From an uncultured Spirochaetota bacterium (GTDB lineage Bacteria > Spirochaetota > Brevinematia > Brevinematales > JAOACQ01), in NCBI GenBank assembly GCA_963835575.1, contig CAWIGG010000006.1, positions 224,001 through 288,000 on the forward strand: a stretch of 64,000 nucleotides of DNA, written 5' to 3'. The stretch's first letter is position 1. Each line of letters opens with the position of its first letter. Of the stretch, positions 19,593 through 30,072 are shown in pieces. A program made the position numbers and the translations under genes. The notes under the pieces were generated by a model that was not told where the DNA came from, searched no databases, and worked only from the letters and a program-made list of their open reading frames with translations.

Positions 19593-20444
19593 CTACGAAA
19601 GCGCCTTAAACCATGCGGCTATGATGATCATAATAGAGGCGAGAACCAGAACGGTCTGTCCGACATGTCCGGGGACCTTCCGGTTTTTAAAGATAAATCC
19701 GGCCGCAAGGCCTATTATAAATCCGCAGCAGAGCCCGAAGAAATGCCCCATAAAATCCACATCGGCGCCGCTTCCGAATAATGACAGGAAGATTAGCGCG
19801 GCCGCAGCCGGCTGCCAGCTCCGCTTTCTCAGGGCCTGCGTCAGGCTTGCCATGCGGAAGGCGGCCAGGATCCCGAACGCGCCGAAAAGGGCCGTTGAGG
19901 CGCCGATGCTGTGGTATTCCATGGGATGAAGGTCCGCGTTTACTGTATTCCCGGCGATGCCGGAGAGTAGGGCCAGGAAAAGACCGAGGCCGGTCCCGGT
20001 CTGGGCGAAAAGGTTATAAAAAATGATCGATCCCATAAAGGCGTTTGAGAGAAAATGGACGATGTCGGCATGCAGGGTCAGGGCGGTCACGGCGCGCCAG
20101 ACAGCGCCCTTCTGAATGTCCAGGCTGGAAGAATCGCCCGAAGAAAGCCAGCTTTCAAAAACATGGGACTGGTATAAGAGTGTTTGAAAGAAAAATAAGA
20201 CGAGAAACAGCGTCAATACGGATATGAGCGGCGCGGTATACTTGGCGTCAATAACAGGGATCTCTTTATTCTCTTTTTCATAAAGTTTGATCTGCCGGAG
20301 CGCTTCTTTTTCAAAGTCTCCGCCGACTGTGATGTCCCATTTGTCCTCAACATTATCAAGAGTATGGGGGATATGCATGGCGGAGAGAACAAGGGACCAT
20401 TCGGAGGCTTTTTTCTTTTCCAGAGACTGCAGATCTATGCTCAT
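19593..20444 (-). CDS. Rhomboid-family intramembrane serine protease
   Basis: WRAVTALTLHAD..HFLSN, SIGAS, GHFFG. Confidence 0.9.
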   Translation of the reverse strand: MSIDLQSLEKKKASEWSLVLSAMHIPHTLDNVEDKWDITVGGDFEKEALRQIKLYEKENKEIPVIDAKYTAPLISVLTLFLVLFFFQTLLYQSHVFESWLSSGDSSSLDIQKGAVWRAVTALTLHADIVHFLSNAFMGSIIFYNLFAQTGTGLGLFLALLSGIAGNTVNADLHPMEYHSIGASTALFGAFGILAAFRMASLTQALRKRSWQPAAAALIFLSLFGSGADVDFMGHFFGLCCGFIIGLAAGFIFKNRKVPGHVGQTVLVLASIMIIIAAWFKALS

Positions 20445-20609
20445 CAGAATATCCTCTCAGTTATTTTCAGCGGTTAATTTATTTACTGATAGAATATAAT
20501 AAGGAACCCTTTTTTCTTCAAATACAATTGGCTTTATTAATTTCATATTCTTCCGATATTCTGAAAGAAGAATAATATTTGTTAGAGTCGTAATACATGG
20601 GAGGCGGAT

Positions 20610-21458
20610 ATGGTCAGAAGCATATTTACCGGCGCGAGCGGCATGATGGTCACGATGGAAGAAATGAACACGGTGGCCAATAACCTGGCAAATGTGAATA
20701 CGGACGGCTATAAACGGGAGACGACTGTGACAAAGGCGTTCCCCGAAATGCTGATCCGCCGCCTGAATGACGACGGCCAGGTCAAATTCCCCCTGGGGAG
20801 CTATGATCTTGCCCCTGTCGTTGGGAAGCTCGGGACCGGCGTCGAGTTTAACGAATCGTATATCCGATTCGAGCAGGGAAGTCTTCTCAATACAGGCAAC
20901 GATTTCGACATGGCGCTGGAAGGAGAAGGCTTCTTTTCGGTCATGACGGAAGAAGGGGAAAGATTTACGCGCAACGGCAACTTCAAGATAGATAAAGACG
21001 GCTTTCTGACCGATAGTCATGGCTTTAAGCTTGAAGGCGAGAAGGGTTTCATCCAGATCGCGCAGAACAACTTCCAGATCGATAAGGAAGGGAATATTTA
21101 TGTCAATCTTGATTACAGGCCGGAGGATTTTGTGGACAAGGCCGGCAATGAATGGAAAAACATGACGCTTGTCGACAAGCTTAAAATCGTGGATTTCCCC
21201 GAAAGACGCTACCTTCAGAAAGACGGCCGCACCCTGTATAAGGAAAGCGATTTTTCAGGGCCGGCCGCCATCGCGCAGGGGACGGAACGTCCGCAGGTCC
21301 TTCAGGGCGTATTGGAGAAATCCAATGTCGATCCGGTTATTGAGATGACAAGGATGATCGAAATAAACCGCCTCTATGAAGCCAACCAGCGGGTGATCCA
21401 GACGGCGGACAATACGCTGAACAAAACGGTCAACCAGGTGGGCAGAGGACTGGCGTAA
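20610..21458 (+). CDS. flgF: Flagellar basal-body rod protein FlgF
   Basis: ANNLANVNTDGYK, FEQGSL..TGN, FTRNGNF, QGVLEKSNV, YEANQR. Confidence 0.8.
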   Translation: MVRSIFTGASGMMVTMEEMNTVANNLANVNTDGYKRETTVTKAFPEMLIRRLNDDGQVKFPLGSYDLAPVVGKLGTGVEFNESYIRFEQGSLLNTGNDFDMALEGEGFFSVMTEEGERFTRNGNFKIDKDGFLTDSHGFKLEGEKGFIQIAQNNFQIDKEGNIYVNLDYRPEDFVDKAGNEWKNMTLVDKLKIVDFPERRYLQKDGRTLYKESDFSGPAAIAQGTERPQVLQGVLEKSNVDPVIEMTRMIEINRLYEANQRVIQTADNTLNKTVNQVGRGLA

Positions 21459-21474
21459 TAAAAAAATGTAAAAT

Positions 21475-21510
21475 AAAAAAAACGGCCTCCCATCGGGAGG
21501 CCGCTTTTTT
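21475..21510. terminator. Bidirectional intrinsic terminator
   Basis: A-tract, CGGCCTCCC-AT-CGGGAGGCCG hairpin, T-tract, between convergent genes. Confidence 0.8.
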
Positions 21511-21534
21511 ATTCTCTCATGCTTTCGCAATTAA

Positions 21535-21966
21535 TTAATTGTAGGTAATCGGGCCGACTTTGGCGAGCCTTTTGGCCGTAGAGGGTCCCGTATTTTGACA
21601 AAGTTCAATAGTAATCTGATAAGGCTGAGTCAGGCCAGACGTGTTGAGGGTACCGCCGATGGTAACTGTTCCCGATGCCGAAGATACGGTATGCTGTGCA
21701 AACTCTAAATAGGAGGTACCGGATTGTAAAGCTATGATGGCAATATAATAGCTTCCCGAACCGGAAAACCCTCCTATGGAATAATCGACGGACGCGGAAA
21801 TGGTTGCACCGGTCGCTATTGTTGAACCGGGGGCCGGTGTCATGCTGTTTGTCGTCAGGGTAGAAGGCGATCCCCCTCCGTCTGAACTTGATGACGGCGC
21901 CATACTGCAGGAAAAAAACAGAAAAAAAGCCAGAATTCCTGTGGAAAAAAAGATTGATTTGATCAT
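21535..21966 (-). CDS. Hypothetical lipoprotein
   Basis: Lipobox FFSC, Ser/Thr/Gly-rich, GAGGAGG RBS. Confidence 0.7.
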   Translation of the reverse strand: MIKSIFFSTGILAFFLFFSCSMAPSSSSDGGGSPSTLTTNSMTPAPGSTIATGATISASVDYSIGGFSGSGSYYIAIIALQSGTSYLEFAQHTVSSASGTVTIGGTLNTSGLTQPYQITIELCQNTGPSTAKRLAKVGPITYN

Positions 21967-22103
21967 AAAACCTCCTCACATGATGATATTATAATATTTT
22001 GCAAAAAAATCAAGAATTAATTTATTCCTGTTCCCGCTGGGAGTTATTTTCCGTCCCATCCGCCGTGCAGTCCGGCTTAAAAAATCGGCAAAACTTCTTT
22101 TGT

Positions 22104-22997
22104 TTATTTGAATTTATATAATCTCCATTTAGAATTATTATAGTCATAGGCCATAAGATATATTTTACCTGAAGAATTGCACGCGATAGCTGTGTTGGCT
22201 GATAAAAACAAACCTTCTTTTTCTATATAAGTAACATAAATGTTGCTCAAAAAAGTTCCATTGGTATTATAAATCTCAATGTATGAAGAACTATATATAT
22301 CAGCCGGATGATTTACTCCAAACAATTTAGTCTTATCCGGACTGATCGCAAGATCGCAGCCTACTAATGGAGCATAATTTCCAGCCCAATTCCATGAGAA
22401 ATTTTCAACCAGCCCCAATGTATTCGTGTCGTATTTCGATAAACCGTTGATCAATGAGCATATTCTTCCATATCCGTCAAATACAAGGCCGTAACCGCCG
22501 CCTACATTGGCATTAGCTGCCAAACTATAATTGCTGTTATATTTGTAAAGTGAACTGCCTGCCAATACATAAATATTGTCATTGATATCGACCAGTATGT
22601 CGAAAACATTTGCGCCTATGTTTATATTTGTTATCAGAAAACCCGAATAAGTATAAACCACAATCCGTTGATTCCAGGTGTCGGCCACATAAATTTTATC
22701 TCTGTTCGGATTGACTGTGATTCCGAAAGGCGAATTTAGGCTGTTATTAGTCCAGCCTGTTTGATAGGAGCAATTATCATCAAAAATCCTGACGGCATCT
22801 GCCGATTGATCGATAACATAAATCCAGTTGTTTTGATCGACAAAAATATCAGTCGGATAGCCGAAATAATCACTGGTCCAGTTTGTTTCAAAGATAGACT
22901 GCGGCGCACCGGGTTCCTCTTTTTGCAAATTAGTGCTGCATGACATTATGCATAAATTGCAGGATATAAGCAGAAAAACAAACGGGTAATATTTCAT
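22104..22997 (-). CDS. NHL-repeat beta-propeller lipoprotein
   Basis: FGYPTDIFVD, LNSPFGITV...IYVADTWNQRI. Confidence 0.75.
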   Translation of the reverse strand: MKYYPFVFLLISCNLCIMSCSTNLQKEEPGAPQSIFETNWTSDYFGYPTDIFVDQNNWIYVIDQSADAVRIFDDNCSYQTGWTNNSLNSPFGITVNPNRDKIYVADTWNQRIVVYTYSGFLITNINIGANVFDILVDINDNIYVLAGSSLYKYNSNYSLAANANVGGGYGLVFDGYGRICSLINGLSKYDTNTLGLVENFSWNWAGNYAPLVGCDLAISPDKTKLFGVNHPADIYSSSYIEIYNTNGTFLSNIYVTYIEKEGLFLSANTAIACNSSGKIYLMAYDYNNSKWRLYKFK

Positions 22998-23404
22998 TTT
23001 TCTCCCCCTGTCATTGATTTCTTTTAATCTATATCGAAATATGAGTAATCATATTTAAACTCTTTTCAAATAGTAAAAAACTTTCATGTCCAGATAACCG
23101 CTTCATATTTGGACGATAAATTAAAATGCTTCGGCATTGCCAATGGCATGGCCGCAAGGCTTAAAAATAAAAAAGGGAATCATCAGGGATAAAAATAGTT
23201 TCATTAAAATCCTCTCTATTATTTTTGATTGATAAAACCGTTTTCTAGTAAAACCTTAAAGCCTGTCAAGTTGATAACAGTGAAAACGCGTTTTTCCGAT
23301 CTATTTTAAACATCGGATAAATACATGACTTTACTTCAACAGCTCTTTCCTTATATATCCAGGGTTATTAGCGTCTATTCGTGATATTAACCCCTTACCG
23401 CCCC

Positions 23405-25162
23405 TCACTGGTCCTTATTTCTGAAGCCGTCTTCAATACTTTCCCCCCTCAATTCCAGCTTTCCGAGAACTTTGGAAGTGCTTGGGAACGGCTCGTACCA
23501 GCAGTCTGCTGTCGATATTTTGGGTATAAAAAATTTAAATTTATTATCAATAGTAAACTCTGAAACTCCGTTCGGGCTTTTCCCGTAATCGGCGGGCACT
23601 AAGATCCTATTTTTGATGTCGGATGGATGATCTCTCAAAAACTTGATATGCCGGTCTATAAAAAAATATCTGTTGAAAAGAAAGACTTCAAATGCGATCA
23701 TAAACACTATCAAAAGGGCCGAATAAATTTTTGACAGCATTAAATGACCGGAACTATTTTTAATTAAACGGATTAATGCCGGTAAAAATACCAGGAGGCT
23801 GAAAACAGAGAATATTCCGGCCCCATACCTGACATCCGGCGCGCTGTAAAAAAGAAACATGGTTCCGCCTAATGCGGTAAGATAGCATATCAAATAATTT
23901 TTATATTTTATGATCAGGAGCGGCAGTTTCTTTATATGGAAAAAGAATGCGGTAAAATAATAGATCAACGATAAGGACATCAATGTAAAAAGAGGCCAGA
24001 TCACGTACTTGTACTGGATATTTAGGCCCTTCAGCCATAATGGCAGGTAATTTAAGACAGGCATATTTCCGATCGGGAAGGACCAATCCCTGATCCCGTT
24101 TATATCATCCTGAATGATATACTCAGGCATCTTCCAATCAACATTAAAAAAACCTGTTTGAATTACCGGGTAAACGGCATAACCGGAAATGATGACATTC
24201 CGGACAATCCATGGGAATATGATCAGGCCGGATAATAAAATTAATAATGAAGGCCTGATTTTTCCTTTGAATAATTCAATGGCGATAATATAGAGCGCGA
24301 ATAAAAAAAGAGGGGCTCCCGTCAGCTTAACTGTTATTAAATAGGAGGAAAAGATAACAATGAGCACGCTAATAATGTCAAATTCATAAGATTTCCGTTC
24401 TCCAATTTTATTAATGAATAATAAGAATATCACCCATATTATTATCGAGGTGGGCATGTCCGTGCCGGGCGATGAAGCGAAGTTGGTATATAGATAAACG
24501 GCTATCGGAATCACAAAAAAGCTGATCAGTCCGCCCAATCTGTTTTCCCCCCTGAAAAAACCGTCTGCCGTTTTTAAAAAATAGAAAGCCCCGAATAGAA
24601 AAAATATGCCGTTTAAAACATGAAAAGACTGCGCTTTAATAAAAGAAAAGCTGAAAAGCGCGCAGGGCAGAAACCAGCCGTTATTATAAGCTAAATTTTT
24701 ATGAAAATTACCCAAACCCGGAATTGCTTTAAATTTCTCTATCCAGTGGATGGCCTGGGCATGGTATAATGCCGTATCAAAATTTTTAGGTATGTAAATC
24801 GAAGTTTCAAAAAGGATAATGAGAAAAAGAGCAATAAAGACGGCCAGGGAAGGAATATTTATGTTTTTAGTATCGGTTAAATGGACTTTGAGGTCTGCCA
24901 TCAATCTTTTGCGGTCAAATAAAACATAAATTAAAGCTGTTGATATGAGTATAATATTGACGGCCAGACCTATTTTCATAAAAATAGAAAAATATGAAGC
25001 GATCGTTCCCAGTACGCAGACGCCTAAAATCAATATAATAGGAAGGCTGGCGCCGCTTTTATTTTCAAAACCGAATAAAGTGTTTAATATCCTGACAGTT
25101 AAAGACCCGTAAATATAGCAAAAAATTGTTATCCAGATCCAAATCAGCAATGTCAGAAGCAT
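23405..25162 (-). CDS. Polytopic membrane protein (GT-C-like; DTALYH motif)
   Basis: Many TM helices, DTALYHAQAIHWI, PGLGN, SPGTD, SGYAVYP. Confidence 0.7.
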   Translation of the reverse strand: MLLTLLIWIWITIFCYIYGSLTVRILNTLFGFENKSGASLPIILILGVCVLGTIASYFSIFMKIGLAVNIILISTALIYVLFDRKRLMADLKVHLTDTKNINIPSLAVFIALFLIILFETSIYIPKNFDTALYHAQAIHWIEKFKAIPGLGNFHKNLAYNNGWFLPCALFSFSFIKAQSFHVLNGIFFLFGAFYFLKTADGFFRGENRLGGLISFFVIPIAVYLYTNFASSPGTDMPTSIIIWVIFLLFINKIGERKSYEFDIISVLIVIFSSYLITVKLTGAPLFLFALYIIAIELFKGKIRPSLLILLSGLIIFPWIVRNVIISGYAVYPVIQTGFFNVDWKMPEYIIQDDINGIRDWSFPIGNMPVLNYLPLWLKGLNIQYKYVIWPLFTLMSLSLIYYFTAFFFHIKKLPLLIIKYKNYLICYLTALGGTMFLFYSAPDVRYGAGIFSVFSLLVFLPALIRLIKNSSGHLMLSKIYSALLIVFMIAFEVFLFNRYFFIDRHIKFLRDHPSDIKNRILVPADYGKSPNGVSEFTIDNKFKFFIPKISTADCWYEPFPSTSKVLGKLELRGESIEDGFRNKDQ

Positions 25163-25187
25163 CAGTCACTCCAATTATCAGGGAAAG

Positions 25188-26525
25188 TTAAAAATTCGGG
25201 ACGCGGTAAATGCCGCGTTTGATATATATAAAAAGATCCCTGTCGGGTGAATCGCTCCATTCATCCGCGAGGGGATATAATCCTTTGCCGGTTTCTTTCC
25301 ATTTTCTCAGGCTAATGATCAAATTCTCCCTGTGTTTGACGATGGCTTTATATTTGATGGTATAAATAAATCCGCAGTACAGGATGGATGAAATAAGCGA
25401 AGCGGCGAATAAGCGTTTGAGCCAGTCCGTATTTTCCAGCAATTCCATGAGACTCAGATAAATTAATATAATGAACTGGATTGATACTACACGGTAGCGT
25501 GAAGTTATAGCCTGTTCAAGGCCCATATCTCCGCCCCTGACAACCATCGCACCGAAAGCGGACAATATCAGGAATAGAAAAACGGCGAAGAGGGCCGGAT
25601 TCTTCCTGTCGTACCGGATCACTATCAGGAATATAAAGTATGAAGCAACGATTACACCGGTAATCAGTGGAAGTATCCGGGTGATCGTATTTACCAGGCT
25701 TCCTCCCTGCTCTGAAAGATAACCTGAAAAACTGGCGCCGAAACAGTTGCCGATAAAATAGAAAAAATATAACGGATTGATGTTTGCCAGATTAGGCGCT
25801 TCGAATTTAATGAAATTCCAGTGCATAAAATCGCCGGAATAATAACGGTAAAAAAATATTACTGGGAGTGAGAGAAGAAGCCATAGCCCTGATTTTTTCC
25901 AGTCTTTCCTGTATAAAAGGAACAAAAGACCGGTCCCGAGGAACAGGATTCCGTTTGCCTGCGAGAAATAGGCCGCGACGCTTAAAAGGAAGGCCGGAAT
26001 TGTCCAGCCCCAGAACTTCGATTTTTCAGACAGGATCAGAATCGAGAGATAACCGAAAACCATCACATAAAAATTGGTAATTGATGCCATACCGAAAAAA
26101 CTGTTTTCCGCGTAGCCTGTCTGAAAGAAGAGGAATACCGCCGGTACAAAAAGCATTATTTTGTCTGTTTTCGGGCGAAACATGCGGTAAAGAGCCGATA
26201 TGATTACTAAAAGTCCGGCATTGCCGATAAACTGCATCAGCCTGACGCTGACATGACCGAACAATGAATACTGCAGAAGGGTAATCAGCTTGTTGACAGG
26301 CTGGCGGTGATCGTTCCAGAAACCCATGATAAGATTGAAATGTTCCAGCCAGGATTTGCTGTCCAGAAAATTGACCATGAACATATAGACAGTCGGGTAA
26401 TCGTCATTATAGGGAATATTTACTGAAAATATTGCCAGATTAATATAAAAAACCAAAACCGGAACAAGCATAATACACAGCCATATTATTTGTTTCCGGT
26501 GCAGCTTGATCGCTTTAAAATCCAT
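25188..26525 (-). CDS. Polytopic membrane protein (putative glycosylation-related)
   Basis: NIPYNDDY, WNDHR, SRY motifs and multiple TM helices. Confidence 0.65.
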   Translation of the reverse strand: MDFKAIKLHRKQIIWLCIMLVPVLVFYINLAIFSVNIPYNDDYPTVYMFMVNFLDSKSWLEHFNLIMGFWNDHRQPVNKLITLLQYSLFGHVSVRLMQFIGNAGLLVIISALYRMFRPKTDKIMLFVPAVFLFFQTGYAENSFFGMASITNFYVMVFGYLSILILSEKSKFWGWTIPAFLLSVAAYFSQANGILFLGTGLLFLLYRKDWKKSGLWLLLSLPVIFFYRYYSGDFMHWNFIKFEAPNLANINPLYFFYFIGNCFGASFSGYLSEQGGSLVNTITRILPLITGVIVASYFIFLIVIRYDRKNPALFAVFLFLILSAFGAMVVRGGDMGLEQAITSRYRVVSIQFIILIYLSLMELLENTDWLKRLFAASLISSILYCGFIYTIKYKAIVKHRENLIISLRKWKETGKGLYPLADEWSDSPDRDLFIYIKRGIYRVPNF

Positions 26526-26764
26526 AAAAAACTAATTTCTCCCTTCTTTATGTAGTTATATTCATTAAGCTTAAAACTGGCAGGAAAAATTATAATGGAC
26601 TCAATAAAAAAAAACAATCAAAAAAATATATAATAAAGTAAATTCCCGTTCTTTTTTGTGATTCCCTTGAGAAAAATCCCGGGCGGTGCTAAAATAATAC
26701 CGGAAGCTTTTTCCCGATTTCCATTCAAATAAAGCTCCGCTGTAAATTTTTTAAGGAAAAAAAG

Positions 26765-27856
26765 ATGCAGGGTCTTCAAAGAACACCTCTTTATTCCGAA
26801 CATCTCCGGCTGAAGGCGCAGATGGCGCCTTTCGGCGGCTGGGAGATGCCGATCCAGTATGCCGGTATCCTGAACGAGCATAAAGCCTGCCGCGAAGGCG
26901 CGGCGCTTTTCGACATCTGCCATATGGGCGAATTCCATTTAAAAGGAAATATTGAAAAAAGCGGGATAGAGAAAGCCGTCTGCATCCCGGTTTCCAGGAT
27001 TTTCCCCGGCCGCTGTAAATACGGGCCCATGCTCAACGATAAAGGCGGCATAATCGACGATCTCATTATTTACCGGCTTGCGGAAGATGAGCTGATGATC
27101 GTCGTTAACGCCGAAACAACGGAAAAGGATTTTAACAATATAAAAAAATATTTGAACGGCATTGCTGTTTTTCAAAATATTTCGGAAAGAACGGCCAAGC
27201 TGGATTTACAGGGGCCGCTGACAAGGGATATCCTGATTGAAAAGTTCGGTAAAGAGATTGAAAGCATTCCTTATTTCGGCTTTAAAAAATTGGATATTCT
27301 GGGCGAAAAAGCGGTCATCAGCCGTACCGGTTATACCGGAGAGCTGGGATATGAGATTTATATCGACAGCGGCAGTGTCAAGGAATTATGGGACATATTG
27401 CTTTCGGATCCCCGGGTCAAACCCGCCGGACTCGGCGCGCGGGATATCCTCCGCCTTGAAGTGGGCTACAGCCTTTACGGCCATGATATCGATGAGGAAA
27501 CGACTCCGCTCGAAGCCGGCCTGGAAGCTTTTATCGACTTTACAAAGGATTTTAACGGCAAAGACGCCCTTCTGAGGCAGAAGGAAAAAGGCATTGAAAA
27601 GAAAAAGATCGCTTTTATGACAAACTCCCGCCGCTCTCCGCGCCGGGATTATAAAATTACGGCCGATGGAATAGAAATCGGTATAGTGACAAGCGGCGTT
27701 TTTTCACCGATGCTTTCATGCGGCATCGGGCTGGGTTATGTCAATGTTGAATATTCAAAAACCGGCACAAAACTTGTTATTAAACAGGACGCCGTTGAAA
27801 TAGAGGCGGTCATAACAGGACTGCCGTTTTATAAAAACGGCTCATTAAGAAAATGA
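26765..27856 (+). CDS. gcvT: Glycine cleavage system aminomethyltransferase T
   Basis: RTPLY, PFGGWEMP, FDICHMGE, SRTGYTGELGYE, GLGARDILRLE. Confidence 0.97.
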   Translation: MQGLQRTPLYSEHLRLKAQMAPFGGWEMPIQYAGILNEHKACREGAALFDICHMGEFHLKGNIEKSGIEKAVCIPVSRIFPGRCKYGPMLNDKGGIIDDLIIYRLAEDELMIVVNAETTEKDFNNIKKYLNGIAVFQNISERTAKLDLQGPLTRDILIEKFGKEIESIPYFGFKKLDILGEKAVISRTGYTGELGYEIYIDSGSVKELWDILLSDPRVKPAGLGARDILRLEVGYSLYGHDIDEETTPLEAGLEAFIDFTKDFNGKDALLRQKEKGIEKKKIAFMTNSRRSPRRDYKITADGIEIGIVTSGVFSPMLSCGIGLGYVNVEYSKTGTKLVIKQDAVEIEAVITGLPFYKNGSLRK

Positions 27857-27939
27857 GAATATATTTAATATTTAGTTAAATAGTGCGGTTCTTCCGTGAA
27901 AATGCTATAACTTATTGTTATATTATGATTTGAAAATTA

Positions 27940-28022
27940 ACCACGAAGAACTCGAAGCACACGAAGATAATTTATTCTAAAATAGTAAGTAGCAAATTCG
28001 TGAGCTTTGTGAACTTCGTGGT
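27940..28022. repeat. Empty 9-nt-period inverted-repeat element inside the gcv cluster
   Basis: ACCACGAAGAACTCGAAGCACACGAAG / TTCGTGAGCTTTGTGAACTTCGTGGT. Confidence 0.8.
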
Positions 28023-28124
28023 GTAAAAATCGCTCGGATTAGGTATGAGCGGATTTAATAAATTATATAATATTTAAATACCGGCAGTTGACTGATGACT
28101 GCCGAATGATTTAAGGAGGCAGAT

Positions 28125-28496
28125 ATGCCCGTATTTTATACAAAAGATCACGAGTGGATCAGTATTAAAGGGAACAGCGGCGCTATCGGCATAACGGCTT
28201 ACGCCGCCCATCAGCTGGGCGATATCACGTATGTCGAACTGCCTAAAACCGGCAGGGAAGTCAAGATAGGGGCCGTGCTCTGCTCGATCGAGTCTGTCAA
28301 AGCCGCCAGTGAAATTTTTGCGCCGGTGTCGGGGAAAATCGTTGAATCGAACCAGAAACTTAACAGCGAACCGCAGATTGTTAATTCCAGCCCTGAATCC
28401 GAAGGCTGGATCGCAAAGATAGAACTATCTAATCCGTCTGAAAAAGAGAGTCTCATGGATAGAAATAAATATGATGAGCTTGTGAAGGGATTGTAA
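28125..28496 (+). CDS. gcvH: Glycine cleavage system H protein
   Basis: YTKDHEWI, lipoyl-lysine motif IESVKAAS. Confidence 0.97.
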   Translation: MPVFYTKDHEWISIKGNSGAIGITAYAAHQLGDITYVELPKTGREVKIGAVLCSIESVKAASEIFAPVSGKIVESNQKLNSEPQIVNSSPESEGWIAKIELSNPSEKESLMDRNKYDELVKGL

Positions 28497-28525
28497 AATA
28501 CCCGATTTATTCAGAACAAGAAGCA

Positions 28526-28668
28526 GTCATTGCGAGCGTCTGACTTGATACTCTGCCGGGAATTTTTATGCGAAGCAATCTGTCTGCAATAAAGATTGCT
28601 TAATGTATAGACAGATTGCTTCGCGCGATAGTCAATGGCAAAGGAAAAAATCGGGTGCTCGCAAAGAC
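28526..28668. repeat. REP-like palindrome (GTCATTGCGAG family)
   Basis: GTCATTGCGAGC...GCGAAGCAATCTGTCT...AGACAGATTGCTTCGC...GCTCGCAAAGAC. Confidence 0.8.
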
Positions 28669-28743
28669 GGTCCTTGTTTTGAAATTCTGGATATTTTATT
28701 TATTAATTAGTAAGTAATTTTATAAACTGATCAGGGAGGGGAG

Positions 28744-30072
28744 ATGAATTACTGCCCGAATACTGAAAAAGAAACTTCGGAGATGCTCAAAGTTACCGGC
28801 GTCAAATCCATTGAGGATTTGTTTTCATCCATACCGGAAAAGATCCGGACAAAATCCTTTAATATTCCCGAAGGAAAAACGGAACTTGAGGTATTAGATT
28901 ATTTTAAAAAGCTGTCTCAAAAAAATGATACCGGTCCGGTATCTTTTCTGGGTGGCGGGGTTTATGACCATTTTATTCCCGCCGCTGTAGATTTCCTCTC
29001 AGGCCGGGCCGAGTTTTACACGGCTTATACTCCCTACCAGCCGGAATGTTCCCAGGGCACCCTGCAGGCGCTTTTCGAATTCCAGACGGCGATGTGCCGG
29101 CTGACGGGGCTGGATGTTTCGAACGCTTCTCTTTATGACGGGGCAACGGCTCTGGCCGAAGCCGCTTTGATGGCCGTCCGCATCACCCAGAGGAACAGGC
29201 TTTTAATCGGCGGCGGCGTAAGCCTCTTTTACCGGCAGGTCTTGAAAACCTATCTATTGAACCATTCCATCGAATTGATCGAATTGAAAACGGACCGGGA
29301 TAATCCTGAAAAACCTCTTATTTCCAATATTAATGATCAAACGGCGGCGGTGATCGTCCAGAACCCGGACTTTTTCGGAAGCATCGGCGATTATACCGAT
29401 GCGGCTGAAAAAGCCCATTCCGCCGGCGCATTACTCATTATGTCAGTCTATCCCGTTCCGCTCGGTCTTATAAAAACCCCGGCCGAAATGGGCGTGGATA
29501 TCGCCGTCGGCGACGGGCAGAGCCTCGGGATGCCGGTAAGCTTCGGCGGGCCGTCTTTCGGGTTTATTACTGTCAAGAAGGATTATGTCCGAAATCTGCC
29601 CGGAAGGATCGTCGGCGAGACTGTTGACAGGAACGGAAAGCGGGGCTTTGTACTGACGCTCCAGGCCAGGGAACAGCATATCAAACGGCAGAGGGCCACG
29701 TCGAACATCTGTTCCAACCAGAGCCTCTGCGCGCTCCGCGCCGTCATTTATCTTTCCCTTCTGGGCAGACATGGTTTTCAGGAATTGGCGAATCTGAATT
29801 ATAATAAGGCGGAATATCTGAAAAAGAGCCTTTCCGGAATAAAAAAAATATCCATCTGGAATAAATCACCGACATTCAACGAGTTTGTCATTGAACTGCC
29901 TTTACCGGCTTCTAAAATTGCCGCAGGGATGAATAAAAAAGGCTTTTATGCCGGCCTGCCGCTGGGCGGTTTTTATCCGGAACTGGACAAAATGCTTCTC
30001 ATCGCCGTTACGGAAAAAAGGACAAGGGAAGAAATGGATGATTATGTTAAAGCCCTGGGGGAATTGTTATGA
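28744..30072 (+). CDS. gcvPA: Glycine dehydrogenase subunit 1
   Basis: TAYTPYQPECSQG, NASLYDGA, QAREQHI, ATSNICSNQ. Confidence 0.97.
   Translation: MNYCPNTEKETSEMLKVTGVKSIEDLFSSIPEKIRTKSFNIPEGKTELEVLDYFKKLSQKNDTGPVSFLGGGVYDHFIPAAVDFLSGRAEFYTAYTPYQPECSQGTLQALFEFQTAMCRLTGLDVSNASLYDGATALAEAALMAVRITQRNRLLIGGGVSLFYRQVLKTYLLNHSIELIELKTDRDNPEKPLISNINDQTAAVIVQNPDFFGSIGDYTDAAEKAHSAGALLIMSVYPVPLGLIKTPAEMGVDIAVGDGQSLGMPVSFGGPSFGFITVKKDYVRNLPGRIVGETVDRNGKRGFVLTLQAREQHIKRQRATSNICSNQSLCALRAVIYLSLLGRHGFQELANLNYNKAEYLKKSLSGIKKISIWNKSPTFNEFVIELPLPASKIAAGMNKKGFYAGLPLGGFYPELDKMLLIAVTEKRTREEMDDYVKALGELL

Noticed and set aside
23010..23205. Short signal-peptide-like ORF remnant on the minus strand
   Set aside because: Under 30 codons with no recognisable homology; cannot be supported.
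26530..26764. Glycine riboswitch expected upstream of gcvT
   Set aside because: No GGAGA...CCGAAG aptamer pattern found. The GGTGCTAAA segment lacks the rest of a SAM-I fold.
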